NCBI RefSeq assembly: GCF_009914755.1 | Contig: NC_060935.1 | DNA from: the human T2T-CHM13v2.0 reference genome, Homo sapiens | Reading direction: 5' to 3' (one strand) | Length of the DNA stretch: 64,000 nt | Shown: piece after piece, positions 16,894-31,546 of the stretch | How positions within the stretch are numbered: the stretch's first letter is position 1 | Layout: the number at the start of each line of letters is the position of its first letter | Notes under the pieces: generated by a model | Database searches by the model: none | What the model was told of the DNA's origin: nothing | The model's input: the letters and a program-made list of their open reading frames with translations, nothing else | Made by a program: the position numbers and the translations under genes

Positions 16894-18729
16894 AGTCTTG
16901 AGTAATTTTATACAGCACTGTATAATTTACACAGACATTTCAGATGCATGATCTTGTTTAAACTGACAACATGCTTAAAGAACATTCATTTGGTCCAAAA
17001 AGCATAAAATTAGAGGCTGTATTGTCGTACATTGAAGCAATCAAGGTTTATATTAAATACAGGGAAAACTATCTAAGAATAGAGGTTGTTGAAGAGAAGC
17101 CATGTATAAAGGATACTTAGAAGAGGATTTATAAATTGGATGGGAAGGAAGGGTAGGACTAGAAGAGGTGGCTTTGGGTTGCTTCTAATTCTTGAGCTGC
17201 CATGGGAATTGTGAAATGTCCATTCCCAGGAGAGTTGCAATACTTGGTCTTGGAAGGTTTGTATGGAATTTCTCAGCAAAAGCAAGTGGGCTCCCACTCG
17301 TCCCTACTTTAAAGATGGTCCAGATTTTAGGAAGAAATAGAATAGGCTTAGGCTCCATACAGCTGAGCTGAGTTTGAACTAAAAGGTAGATCTTCCACTT
17401 TCTGTACCACAGCAATTAATGAAATTCCTAATGGCTTTATGTCATGGTGGTAATGAGTTTCTCAGCTTTTCACATTATACAGATATTTAGACATATTCTT
17501 TTATCAATGCATATGGTATAAAAGCTCATTCTGACTACAGAAGTTATTTAAATTATCTCAGAGCAAAAAATCTTTACAAGCAATAAATCTATTTATGGGA
17601 AAAAAAAACCACTTCTTTCTAGGCCCTTTGTTTCTCAAATGTAAATAAAATGTGAGGTGAGTTTTCTCCCAGCTCTTGGGTATTAAATAAAGCATTGCTG
17701 CACTGGGGTTTCAACTATTAATGAAGGCATTAAGTGCTTTTATGCTAGATAATGTATTAAGTCTTTTCTCTTACAATTCTCAAAATCCAGCTGTGTAAGG
17801 ACTATTATCATTTGCATTTTGCAGTTGAGGAAACTGAGGACAAACTGTTGATAACTTACTGTGTTCCAGGCATTAAATGAGATAAACAGGGCATCCTCCT
17901 CATTTTTCTTACCATTAAGAATCCATCTAAGGAACCAAATTAATGGCAGGCTTTAATGGCTAAAACATTCATTGTAATTAATGTTACTGCACAAGTGGCT
18001 CTGTGACCACAATTAAACTGAACAATTCAGGCTGATTTGCTGTAGGACTTCTCCACAACCAAATTACTTTGTACGGAACTAAAAATGCTGTTACTGATGC
18101 GGTCTCAGGCTGATCCTCAGCAAACTGAATTACTCCTATTTTTTTCAGTCTTTGATTCTCCAGCCTTTTGGAGACACCATCTAACCGAAATGCAAGTTCA
18201 TTTTAACATGTAAAGTATCACATTGCAAACAATTTATAGAAGAACGTAATGAACAAAAAGAATGGATGACAAGAGTTTCAAAAACAAACAAAAGTCTGCC
18301 ATTATCAATTTACTGGCCCTTAATCTCATAACTATGCCCTTGATTAGGTAGAGATGATGTCGTAATAGGTGCATTATAAGACAATATATCAAAATGTTAC
18401 CCAGATGCAAATAAATTTGCAGATATTAAGGCAAGAAACTTATACAACCCTTAAAATGCATTTATTCCTTTGTTTTGCATATTGGCAAGAACATGATCTG
18501 AACATAAAAGTCTCACAGCACAGTGGACCTTATTTTAACCCTAAAATTAGCTCAAACAATATAACTGAATCAAATAAAATATGCACAAAAACAACAAGAT
18601 TTAAGATTAAGATTTAACTATGACTATGACTGTCATCACATCAAATCATCAAAGTTGGCTTCAATGATCTGATGTAAGGGGAGGATGTCCATTCTTCCCT
18701 CCCTTAAAGTTGACATAATAAAAAATAAT

Positions 18730-19490
18730 TTTCCTCCCATAACACTGGCTTCTTCTCCTGTGTTTCCTTTCCTAGTTAATGACATAGCCGTGTATCCAAC
18801 CACCCAAGCCAGAAACCTCAGGCTCATCATTGACTTCTCCCTTTCCTTCAAATCTAACATTGCTATCACTATTGAATATAATTTAGAATGTTGCCTTGCT
18901 CCTCTTCATTTATTCCCATTGCCTGTGCTTTAATCCAGGTCCTTCTTTATCCTTGCCTATGTTATTATAATAATCCCCAACTGGTTTACCAACCTCTGGT
19001 CTCAGCCGCCTATGATCCATCCTTCCCATCGCCATTGGGATAATTTCTAAATCACCAATATGTCTACATCACTCCTCTGCTCAAAATCCTTACTATTTAG
19101 AGTCCCAAGTTACTTTACATGATATTCAAGATTCCATTCACCTGAACCTAATCTATCTTAAAAAAATTCAGTCTGCAGTTTCCACGTTTTAATCCCATTA
19201 TGTTCATTGTTCCCAAACATAACATTTACCTGTTCATCTCCACACTTTTGTACATGCTCCTCCTGCTTATCATTTTTTCTTTTTCTGTTTTTTTTCTGGT
19301 TATTCTTCCTAATCTATTTCAAATGTTTCTTCTTATGAAAATACATTCTGAGAATCGACCTAATCTAAAATTAATTGTTCTCCTCTCTCAGTTCTCATAG
19401 CTTTTAGTTCCTACCTTAGATTCCTCACTGTCATCAGATTTTTACCGGAGCTCATTATGAATATACTTGTTTTCTTCACTGAGACAGTGA
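18730..19490. mobile_element. L2 fragment
   Basis: Pyrimidine-rich decayed L2 motifs (CCAAGCCAGAAACCT, CACTCCTCTGCTCAAAATCCTT). Confidence 0.6.
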
Positions 19491-19874
19491 AGCAATTCTG
19501 TGATGATCAAAGGAGATCTGAGTTTAGGGAGTCAGAATAACTGGGGTTAGTTCCAGTTCAGTCATTGCCAAGGCTCAACAGTTGTATCTATAAAATAGGG
19601 ATGGATAGATACCTACTTCAAAAGATAAAATAAAGATTAAATTAGGTAACATCAGTGACAGCATGATCAACATGTCTCATGAGCGGGATCAAGAGACATC
19701 AAAATTAAGTAGCAGGATCATGAGCTATCTGAGAGTGGGATATATCTCTAATTCAACTCTGTGCCTCCACTGTACCCACACATGGTATGTGCTCAAAGAA
19801 TATTTGGTGAAGAAAATAAAAAGAATGAGATAAAATTTTCTACTTTTTAATCTAGGAAACATAGAGTAAAACTT

Positions 19875-20295
19875 GGTCAGACACAGTGGCTCATGCCTGT
19901 AATCCCAGTACTTTGGGAGGCCGAGGTGGCAGGATCTCTTTAGCCCAAAAGTTTGAGACCAGGGCAATATGGCAAAACCCCGTCTCTACCAAAATTAAAT
20001 AAATAAATAAACAAAATTATCCAGTCATGGTAGTGTGTGCCTATAGTCGCCCCAGCTACTCAGGAGGCTGAGGCAAAACCCCATCTCTACCCCAAAAAAA
20101 AAAAATTAGCCAGACATGGTGGTGTGTTCCTTAGTCCTAGCTACTCAGGAGGCTGAGGTGGGAGGATCACTTGAGCCTTGGAGGCGGAGGCTGCAGTGAG
20201 CTGAGGCTGCACCACTGCACTCCCACCTGGAAGACAGAGTGAGCTCCCTGTCTCAAAACAAACAAACAAACAAACAAACAAACAAACACAAAAAC
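19875..20295 (+). mobile_element. AluJ with duplicated central segment and (AAAC)n tail
   Basis: The end of the left arm, the linker and the start of the right arm occur twice (19971-20071 and 20072-20156). Confidence 0.9.
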
Positions 20296-21409
20296 CAAAA
20301 CTGGCTTATAGAATAAAAATAAACTCTACAATTGTAAGAATATTTGACCTTTCAAAATACTGACATTCTTATGCCTATCTTTACAACATCTTAAGAAGGC
20401 CAATATTATCATCTTCCTTTTGCATCTGAAGAGACTGAGGCATAGGACAATTAAGTGGCTTGTTTAGGATCCCAAAGTCAGGCAAGAGAGAGTCATGGTC
20501 TGATGCTCCCTATTTTAGTCTACAGGACTAGGTTGCCTGGTTGATTTGCTATTTGCTCCGGGGTGGGAATTAATTTACATCTCAAAATCATTTCAGAGGA
20601 TATGTGTTTTGCATGGGCAAGATGGCACAGGTTTAATTCTGCATTTCCGAGAAGGGAAAAAAAATGAGATCAACTGTTACTGGAATACTTTTCTCAGCTC
20701 CACGCATGTTCTGTCTGTCCTCTTTGGCTGTTCTTTCAGAGAAGTTATCATCGTCTACTCATTCCCAGCAAAACGTTTCAGAAACTCCTGAGCACCATCT
20801 TAAAGTGAAAGATGGGACAACAAACCCCAAGCACATATTTCAGTTTTACAATATTTAATAGCTTCTCATTTCAGTCAGAATATGGCTGCTTATTGGAAAA
20901 GTTTAGGCTAATGACAGTGTAGTAGAAAGAGTCTGGATTTTTAAGTCAAAATGGTTCTAATACTGCTGGCCGTGTGATCTTCAAACATTGATTTCCTCTG
21001 TCCCAGCTTTAGGGTTGCTCATCTGCATTTGGATTCAAGAGTACTTTCCCAGCAGGTTATTTTGAGGCTAAATGAGGTAATATACTGATAGAGACCCTTT
21101 AATACTAGCTACTTAATAAACTTTAGATCTTCATATACACTAAAGCTCATTATTAGGATCTTTGGGAGTCATATATTAAATGTAAATGAATTATTCAGGC
21201 AGAACTTTCTCTAAAATAGATGTTACGCTTCACTGCTTTAGCAAACAGAGTATACTGAACATAATTTAAATTCTTCTGAAGTCTCATGACTATCATTCAA
21301 CATGTCATTTTTGGTACTGTGTATCATGCAGTAGTATCTTCAAGGCTACTGAGGTGTATAAAGCTGTCTGCCCCTGCCCTAAATCTGCCACACATTTAAA
21401 TCCTGCGGC

Positions 21410-22200
21410 CTTACCTCCAGCTGGCTTTCATCTGCCCCATATTCTCCAGTCCCATTGCTTAGGCCTAGTTTAGGGCCTCACAATTTCTAGCTTGGATTGC
21501 TGCAGCAGCCAAACAGGTTCCCCTATTTCCTATTCCTATTCTCAGCATCCCCAAGTCCTTCCTTGGCACTTAGCAAGAGTAGTTTTTCCAAAACCACATC
21601 TGAGTACTTGACATGCTTGCTTAATAAACAAAACAATTCTTTCAATGGCTCTCTATGAACTACAGCCTTAAGTCCAAATTCAGCATGGAAGGTATGTAAA
21701 TACCTCTGTGAGCTCACCTTATCACCTCTCGGACTTCCCCTTCCCTCATGCCTAACCCCTCCAGAGGAGAGTAGGCTTCTGTCATGCTGAACCAGGTCTT
21801 GCATGATAGATTCCTGAGGGCCTTAGGCTATTTCACACCTCCTTGCTTTTGCTTATCCAGCTTCCTCTGATTGGAAAACTGTTACGTCTGATTGGACAAC
21901 TATCTATCGCCTCCCTCCCTATCATTGGTTTTCTAATAAACACTTACCAATCCTTCAAAAGATCCAAAAAGCATCTTAGGTTTTAGGAAACCCATCTTGC
22001 CCTTCCTTTGTCAATTCCCTGACTAGGAGTGACCACTTACCCCTTTCTTTGTGACACCATGGGGCACTGAATAGCTCTTCATAACAGCGTAATACTGTGG
22101 AATTACCTGTGTAACTCCCACCGCCACTAGACATTGTGTTTTTTGAGGACAAGATCCTGTGTCATTTATCAAGCCCCAACCACAGGGCAGGCACTCTATA
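21410..22200. mobile_element. L2 fragment
   Basis: Decayed L2 motifs ending GAGGACAAGATCCTGTGTCATTT. Confidence 0.55.
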
Positions 22201-22702
22201 ATCACTGGTTAGTATCTTTTTGAGTCCTACTAGTTCTCTCTTTCTCTCTTGCTCTCATTATCCTATCTGTAACCTACAGTGAGTTGAAAAGCAGTATTAG
22301 TAGTTTGGAAGAACTAAACTAATGTTAAATAGGTTTTGCATGAGGGGCTGTAGAGATATCTTTGAATTAAGTTCATGAGCTTGGAAAATCTATATTTCTA
22401 GGAACATTTATTTTGGCTACTGATTAGTTCTTAATAGTGTTTTGATCCTTGAGATTGTTAGATAAATTGCCTACAGATAAGCTGAGTGTAATCTGATGTG
22501 ATTGACATTTATTGAAACCCTCCCTAATGTCCCAGGTTCTGGGCCAGAAACTGAGAACATAAAGGCATGGTCAACAAGGCATTTAAGAGGCTCATGTATA
22601 CGTCTATGCCAGTTAAAATAAGCTCATGATAGAGAGATTATTCACACACACATCCTATTTTTTTCAAAGATGAGGAAAAGATGAGTTCACACAGCTAGCT
22701 AT

Positions 22703-22705
<3 letters not shown>

Positions 22706-22737
<32 letters not shown>
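22706..22737. repeat. (GT)n microsatellite
   Basis: About 16 GT units. Confidence 0.95.
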
Positions 22738-22740
<3 letters not shown>

Positions 22741-23933
22741 ACATTCAATTCCAGGTCTGTGTGAATCCAGCTGAGCTCTCCATTTTACTCTTTCCTGTTC
22801 CTATTGGAACCAGCCTGTGAAGACAAGAATGCAATGTTTCTCTTGAGAAATTTTATACATCTCCTTTTCTGCTATCACAACTTAAAGTCCATTCCTGAAT
22901 ATAAAAAATTGAATCACAAAATTTGGCAGCCTGTATTTAATGGGACTTTTAGAAAACTTGTTTGATGCTGTGGATTACTATCGTAGCTACATACAGTCAA
23001 GGCAGACAGGAAGAGAGAGAGGGTAGTGTCTGAGTGCCAAAAGTCATCCATGTTCTTAGTCTAGCAATAGCAAATACACGGCCCTCCTGTACAGAGAGAT
23101 GTGCAGACTGGGGCCTCTGCCCTGGGGTGCATTACTGCCCACACACCAATCTCAGAAGCAATGACTATCTCTGAAAACTCCTACCTTTCCTAAAGCCTGA
23201 GCACATGTTCAGTCACCTCAGTGAAAGTGAAGGAGGGAGGAAGGGTATTAGTTTAGTCTTGTCAAACATGGGCTATAACAGAGGCTGCAAACAGACTTTG
23301 CCTCACATGCCAAAGCAGATGGTGTGATAGAGGCTGTTGAGAAAGCTTCTGAAGTTGTCTCTGGACTCAGTGGGAAGAATGCCGAGTGCAATGATAAACA
23401 ATGTCTGTTCTGGTATTGAGGGAAGCATTGCCTATAGGTATTTACTATCCTTGGTAGAAGTTTCAGTTGTCATTTAGCATAAGCCAGGCTGTGCTATTAC
23501 TTAGTGTAGAAGTTCTGAACTCAACTAAGAGCATGCAATGATAGAGTAAGATACAATCTATAATACCTGTCAAATCTGGCACATAGCAGATGCTCAATAA
23601 ATGTTTACTGAAGAAATGAATGCAAAGTCCTATGGCTTTATGTTGGAAGAGAAATAGAGTTCTTCCCCTCATAATCAGGGGAAGTGGGGTACACTGAGAT
23701 TACTTTGCCAAGGGTCCTCAATGCCATGCCGAAGAGTTGGGGGCATTATTCTATATGGGCTAGTAGTTTCCAAACTTAGTTTAATTCCCTAAGGTGTTCT
23801 GTATGTAGAATTCCTGTGATGTATGTAGCTACCCTGTGATGTTCTGACTTGGTAAGTTGGTAAGTGTGGGGATGGAGCCAACGATTCTCTTTTTGTTTGA
23901 ACCACCTGTTAGCTTCTCAAACAACTTGTATAA

Positions 23934-24497
<564 letters not shown>

Positions 24498-25487
24498 TGA
24501 AGATTGAGCACTTTTGCAAAGCAACCAAGAGAGTAATGTGCTGCAGTGGGAATAAATCATGGACAGAGGAAATGAATGAACCACATGTTTCTGGATTTCA
24601 AATATCACTTCTGGAAATGAGCGAGTCTTTCTGCTTTCTGATTTCAATTAATTTTCTTACAAACTCTCCCTAGCATTTTTCATTGCAGTCAATTATTTAA
24701 CTTGTTCCAGTATGAAAATTGGGTCCTTACAAAACACTTAATTGATTTGACCCGTGCTCTGACACAACACTTTGCAAAATGCATGTGCGTTCATACAGAT
24801 TAGTCATCTGAGTCATTATTTTCCAGCAAATTACAGCACCATGCCGGCAGTGGATGGCACCTAATATTGTGAAAATATGAACTTCTTATTCTTGTGGAGA
24901 GTTACAACAAAGAAAGGGTGGTTGGAAGTCCAATAAGGACATCATTTGTCCTAAGACTTTGACTAGGAGTCTATTCATCTCTAACACTGCCTCCCTGCAG
25001 GAGAAAACGTTAAACCAAGAAAGAGATTGGGGCAGAATGGAGAGAATGGGGCCTGGGCCTGGCAGACTGAATCTGAATTTCAGAGCAGCTCCTTGGCCAT
25101 GTTTCAGTCTTAGAACTGGACAAAATTTTTTTTTAGCTGTTTTGATTCACAGCACACCTCTGTGTAAATTTGGATACATTCTTACCTGCCTCATAGTGGT
25201 ATAGTGAAGAACAGAAAAAATGAAGAGAGAACCTGAATATAGTAAGTGCTCAGGAAATGGTGACAAGGATGTGATATTGCTGACAAAATTAGTTTATCAT
25301 TTTTTATTCCAATTTTACTTATTTATAATTCAGTCTCACCTATTTATAGAACAAACTGAGGCAATATGATCACATTTTAAAGAGCATTCTTATTATTTTC
25401 CTTCATGATTCTATTTTCTATATCCATACACTCAGTCTAGGCCTATGCTTTACCATCTTTTTTTGTTTTAGGGATAAAACCCAGTGA

Positions 25488-25554
25488 CTGTGTGTGTGTG
25501 TGTATGTGTGTGCATGTGTGTGTATGTGTGTGTATGTGTGTTCGTGTGTGTGTG
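25488..25554. repeat. Imperfect (TG)n microsatellite
   Basis: TG run interrupted by TA/CA. Confidence 0.9.
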
Positions 25555-25729
25555 AATGAATGCATACAAGTGATGGTAGTGGGAGAGAGATAGATCGCAT
25601 ATTCAATAAATCATATAAAATCTCTGCACAATTTTTTAAAAATAAAATAGTATTATACACCGATCACCACGACAAAGAATATTAACAGTGACTTAGATTC
25701 CCTCAGGATGCCATTTTTTATATAATTTC

Positions 25730-26385
25730 CTTCCTAAGTACTCTTCTTCCATAAGTAACTCTCCTGAAATTAGGGTAAATCATCCTCTAACTATCTTTCT
25801 TTTTTTGGCCCATCCATGTTGATGTATATAACAGTTCTTCATTCATTCTCACAGTTATATTCATTGTATAAATATAACTCATACATCCATCTTACATTGT
25901 TATCTTTAGATTTTATTAACAGTATCAGTATATATATTGTTATACATGTCTTCTATCCCTGTATACAAATTTTCCCTAAGGTACATGCTTAAAGAAAGGA
26001 GTCGCTGAGTAATATTTTTAATTTTATTAAATAATGTTAAACTGTTTTCCAAAGTAGTTCTTCCAGTTGACACAGTGGATGAGAATTCTAACAGTTTCAT
26101 ATCCTCTCTAACACTTGAATCAACTGGACTTCATAATTTTTATCAGTTTAGTAAATGTGAGTGGTGCCTTATTGCAGTTTAACTTGTAATTCCTTGATTA
26201 TCAATGATTTTAAGCATGTTTTCATATGTTAATAAGTAATTTGTGTTTTTTCCTCTTTGTTTTAAAAGTCCTTACCCATTTTCTATAGGGCTGTTTGAAT
26301 CTTTCTGATTGCTTTATAGTTCTCCATGTATAGTATTCTAGAAGTGATTTTTTACCAGCTATGCAAGTTGCAAATATCTGTTCTC
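25730..26385 (-). mobile_element. Old L1ME-type fragment
   Basis: Reverse L1 3' motifs (AAACTGTTTTCCAAAGTAGTT, TAAGCATGTTTTCATATG). Confidence 0.6.
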
Positions 26386-26989
26386 TTTTATTTTCAATTC
26401 ATGTCACATTTCACCTCAGAAAAGTCAGATATAAGATCCCAAAGGTTTTTATTTCTCTAAACTGCTGGTATGAGTAGCTAAAAATATAGATAGATTTCAA
26501 AATAAATAATTCATTACTGTGGTTTAGCAGAAATATATTCATGAATATCTTTGCTCAAGCTTGCAGAAAGTGCTGAAAAGCTAATTAAACTAAACTAAAC
26601 TAAACTAAATTAAAAACAAAAAGACAGCACTGTGATGATGAAGGCTTTCATGCCAAGACTCCAAATATACTAGAAAAATTTATCTTCAGCAGTTTACTAT
26701 ATTCACAATGACAATGCTTCAAACTGCTTCCTTTATTCATAAGAGATTCCACCTATTTCAAGTGTGTTTATCATCCAGCCAGCACAGGCAAATGTTACCA
26801 AGTTAAGATTGAATTTCAAGTGTGTTCTTGGAATAAAACTTCTGAGAATATATTTTTCTTTAATACAATTCTCTTGGAGTCATATTTTTGGTCAACTCAT
26901 CTTTGGGTTTTTGAGGAACTGAATATCCTCACCTGCTTTTTTCTGAAACAAGTGTTTCTGGGAGCTGAAAAATACACTTTGTCAAATTT

Positions 26990-27300
26990 CAGGGTTTTTT
27001 AGGGTAGTGAAAGTACTCCATACGATACTATAATAATGGATACATGTCATTATACATTTGTCTAAAGCCATGTATTGTTCAATACCAAGAGAAAAACCTA
27101 ATGTGAAACCATAGACTTTGGGTGATAATGATGTGTCAATGCAGGTTCATCAACCGTAACACATGTGCCACTCAGGTGTGGAATTTTGATAATGGGGGTG
27201 GCTACACATGTGTGGGGGCAGGGTATATGGAAATCTCTGTACCTTCCTCTCAATTTTGCTGTGAACCTAAAACTGCTTTAAAAAAAGAAAATCTATAAGA
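26990..27300 (+). mobile_element. L1MC-type 3' UTR end
   Basis: GGATACATGTCATTATACATTTGTC ... GTGAACCTAAAACTGCT followed by an A-rich tail. Confidence 0.75.
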
Positions 27301-27338
27301 CAAAAACTAATTTAAAATTTTGTTTTAAATTCAAAGGG

Positions 27339-27473
27339 TGTTAAATGAAATTTATGGGAGGCTATTGTTTGGACTAAGCTCCTGCACTAGGCCCAACAGG
27401 CCAGAGCAAATCAGAATAGAGTCATTAATGTTAGGTGCCATATAATCAAACTTTGAAATGGACCAGTTTTCAA

Positions 27474-27511
<38 letters not shown>

Positions 27512-27798
27512 ATTGATTCACAGCAACCAATCAGAAGGGGCCCAGTTTAACAGAGCCAGAAGGATAAGGAAGTTTCCTCTGATTTAACCCTATGAGGAGG
27601 ACAGCTTTAAAATGCCCAATTCAATTTTGTTTCCCATTTCTGCTTTCTTGAGCCATTTTCTGCCTATAAAGCCAATCTCCTCTCCTCAGCTCACTGGAGT
27701 GCCTTATCTAAGTCTTTGGATGAGATGCTGCCTGATTCATGAATGAAAGCCAATTCAATCTTTAAATCAAATTGGTTAAAATTTTGTGTTTTCTAACA
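27339..27798 (+). mobile_element. ERV1 solo LTR (MER31/MER67-like) containing (AG)n
   Basis: TGTTA...TAACA termini and a 4-bp TSD AGGG/GGGG. Contains CCAAT, TATAAA and a degenerate polyA signal in LTR order. Confidence 0.75.
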
Positions 27799-29099
27799 GG
27801 GGAAATGAGCTTTTTACGACCCACTCGGCAATGGTATTTAATAACGTGGAGAAAAAAACAAAACACGTAAGCAAGCAAGCAAAGAAATAAACATAAATGT
27901 CCCAACTAATTTCTAAAGCAGTGGGACCAGGGAAATAACTCCAGAAGAGACAACAGTGGTAACAGCAACAACGATTGATTACTAAGTGCCACATAATATT
28001 CTGAAGAGCTTTACCAGAATAAGCTTAGTTAATCTTCATAAGAACCCTATGGGATAAGAACTGGTTTTATACTCACTTTAAATATGAAGTAACTGAGACT
28101 CGAAGAGTTTAAAAACTTATTCAAGGTCATGCAGCAAGTTAAAGGTGCAGCTGCTTCCTGCAGTTCTTACTTTCTATATTATCAGCTATGTTCTAAAGGA
28201 CTGCAAAAGCCAGGTTTGTGAATGGAACACAGAACAATACATGCAAGAGTACTTGCAGTGTTCCACTATTGTCCACAAATGTGAGAACTTCATACTTCTT
28301 CCATTTCATGGCAGTCAGCAGTCAGCATTTTTCTGCTATCAAGCCATGAAAGGTAGCAATAAAAACATTAGTATCTCATAATGCATAGCATTTACCGCTC
28401 TAAACTGTCGCTGTGATTTACTTATCTGTGACTTGAGATACTAGGAGAAGGGAACATACATTTGTTGAGTGACTTCACTATACTAGTTGTTATGCTACTT
28501 TTTAGACTCATTCCACAGAGTCATCGGTGATTCTTTGGTGTTTAACTCCTTTTCAAGAAAGGGAGGAGCTGCTACTTAAAAACATAAATTATCTTTTCAT
28601 ACTTAAAAGATTTACACAAACTTGAGATCCACAGAGGATTTAAGCTCTTAGGAACCAGAGGTTAAAAGGTAGTCAGTATACACTACTATACATACTAGCA
28701 TATATGCTAATATATGCTAACATTTATAGAATATATGTATATATACTATAGTTGTAGTCAGTAAAGAAATTTTAAAACACAACATAATGAACAAAAACAA
28801 TTAGCTAATCTGTATCTATGTATCTAAATCCGTAGGCATTTATTGTTTTATTAAGAGTGAGGAAACCTTAGATGGGTGCAGCCAGAAGCTAAAAACAATC
28901 TTATCATAGTGAAAGATGCATCAGAGGTACTGAAAGCCTTTAACATCTCCACTAGTATTTCTCATCATCTTTGAAATCAGAAAAAACAATTTTGCTTCCC
29001 TTTAGGAACGTCAGCCCATACAGTTGTCAGGGTCTTCACGGAGTTGACCTCTGTTTAAAGGAATAGAGCTACTGCTACTTGAAAACATACGTTAGTGTT

Positions 29100-29808
<709 letters not shown>

Positions 29809-30029
29809 TGTTTAAATCTCATACTCTCAATTCACAGAAGAACCGTCTCAGTTAATGTATTCATGAAATATTGTCTATGGGCACTATGGTGGGGTCTGTT
29901 AGTTGTCTCCCAGTACCCACTGTCCCCGCTGTTCTCTTTTAGTAACAGGACTCCTCCCGTCCATCCACGACAGAGTCTTAGCAAGGCACATGGACACTTA
30001 CTACATTTCCTACAACTACTATTAGCAAA

Positions 30030-30577
30030 TGGTTTAGCAATTTATTTAAAGTATTTGATTATAACCCAACAATTTCACTCCTGGATATACCCAAAACAAA
30101 TGAATGCATCTTTTAAAAAAGATTTCTTCAAGAAAGTCTGTAGCAACTCTATTCATAAGAGCCACAAACTGGAAATAATCCAAGTATCCTTCAACAGAAG
30201 AATGGATAAACAAATTGTATTATATTCATGTAATGGAATAATACATAAAGTAATAAAAAGCAGCAGACTACTCAAATACAAAACAATATGGATGGCTCTT
30301 ATAAATATCATGTTGAGCCAAGGAAGCCAGACATGAAAGAACAAAGACTGCAAGTCTAAATTTACATGGAGTTTAAGAATAGGCCAGGGCTAATCTATGG
30401 TATAAAATTCAGAATAGTAGTTATTTCTCAGGGTAGGGGACAAGGTCTAGGATTGACTGAAATGGGGCATGAGGACGTCTTACGGGGTGTTAGAAAGTTC
30501 TGTATCTTGACCTGGGTGGTGACTACATATACATGCTTTTATTAAAATCCATTGATCCATGCATTTCAGTGTATATA
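30030..30577 (+). mobile_element. Old L1ME/MC 3' region (host of the nested DNA transposons)
   Basis: ACCCAACAATTTCACTCCTGGATATAC, AGAATGGATAAACAAATTG and GTATCTTGACCTGGGTGGTG. Appears to resume near 31150 (AATTATACTTC). Confidence 0.7.
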
Positions 30578-31148
30578 CAGATGCTCCTTGATTTTGGATG
30601 GATTGTGTCCAAATAAACCCACTGTAAGTTGAAAATATCAGTAAGTCAAAAATGCATTTAATACACCTAACGTACCAAACATCATAGCTTAGCCTAGCCT
30701 ACATTAAATGTACTTAAATTAGCCTACAGTGGGCAAAATCATCTAACAATGAAGCTTGATTTATAGTATAGGTTGAGTATTCCTCATCTGAAATGCTTGG
30801 GGCCAGTAATGTTTTAGATTTCAATTTTTTTTTTTTTTAGATTTTGAAATATGTACTTTAAAAAATCTGAAATTCAAATTACTCCACAATGAGCATTTCC
30901 CTTTTCATGTTAGCACCCAAAAAGTTTTGGATTTTGGAACATTTCAGATTTTGGATTTTCAGATTTGGGATGCTCAACCTGTAAAATGTTGATTATCTCA
31001 TGTAATTTGTTGAATACTGTACTGAAAGTGAAAAACAGAATGGTTTTATGAGTACTTAAACTACAATTTCTGGTAAACATGTATCATTTTTGCACTATTG
31101 AAAAGTTGAAAAATCCTATGTCAAGCCATCATAAATCAGGAGCAATCC
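30578..31148. mobile_element. MER47A-like (Tigger5-derived) non-autonomous DNA transposon
   Basis: TA|CAGATGCTCCTTGA terminus, with internal ATCATAGCTTAGCCTAGCCTAC and TACTGTACTGAAAGTGAAAAACAGAATGG. Confidence 0.75.
30769..30981. mobile_element. Tigger4a/MER46-like MITE nested in MER47
   Basis: TIRs (T)AGGTTGAGTATTCC ... GGGATGCTCAACCTG, with TA duplication on both sides. Confidence 0.8.
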
Positions 31149-31177
31149 ATAATTATACTTCAGATAAATAAATCAGG

Positions 31178-31203
31178 ACACACACACACACACGCACACA
31201 CAC

Positions 31204-31233
<30 letters not shown>
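31178..31233. repeat. Compound (CA)n(GA)n microsatellite
   Basis: Read directly. Confidence 0.95.
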
Positions 31234-31234
<1 letters not shown>

Positions 31235-31499
31235 TCCTTCAGATACTACAGCTGGTTCTAATATAAAAGCTAAAAGCAGAGTTGATTATGCTATTTGTTG
31301 GGGCAGCAGGCTAATGAATGAACTGCTTTATTTCATTTTTAGCTCTATCATTATAATTTAAAATCCAACAAACTATGGTGGATTTCTATTACACAGCCAC
31401 CATTTTGAACCCTCTGCTGTCCAAGAACCTTTCTAGCCAACCAAATGATAGCAAGCCGTCAGCACATTCAAACAGAAGCCCCCCTTTAAAGTAAAATAC

Positions 31500-31546
31500 T
31501 AGGCTGAATCATATGAAACCTTGATAGTTTCATATGGTTTAACCTA
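31500..31546. mobile_element. MADE2-like mariner MITE remnant (hairpin)
   Basis: Imperfect inverted repeat TAGGCTGAATCATATGAAAC...GTTTCATATGGTTTAACCTA. Confidence 0.65.

Noticed and set aside
29863-30336. 157-aa ORF
   Set aside because: It runs into decayed L1M sequence and is a chance open frame.
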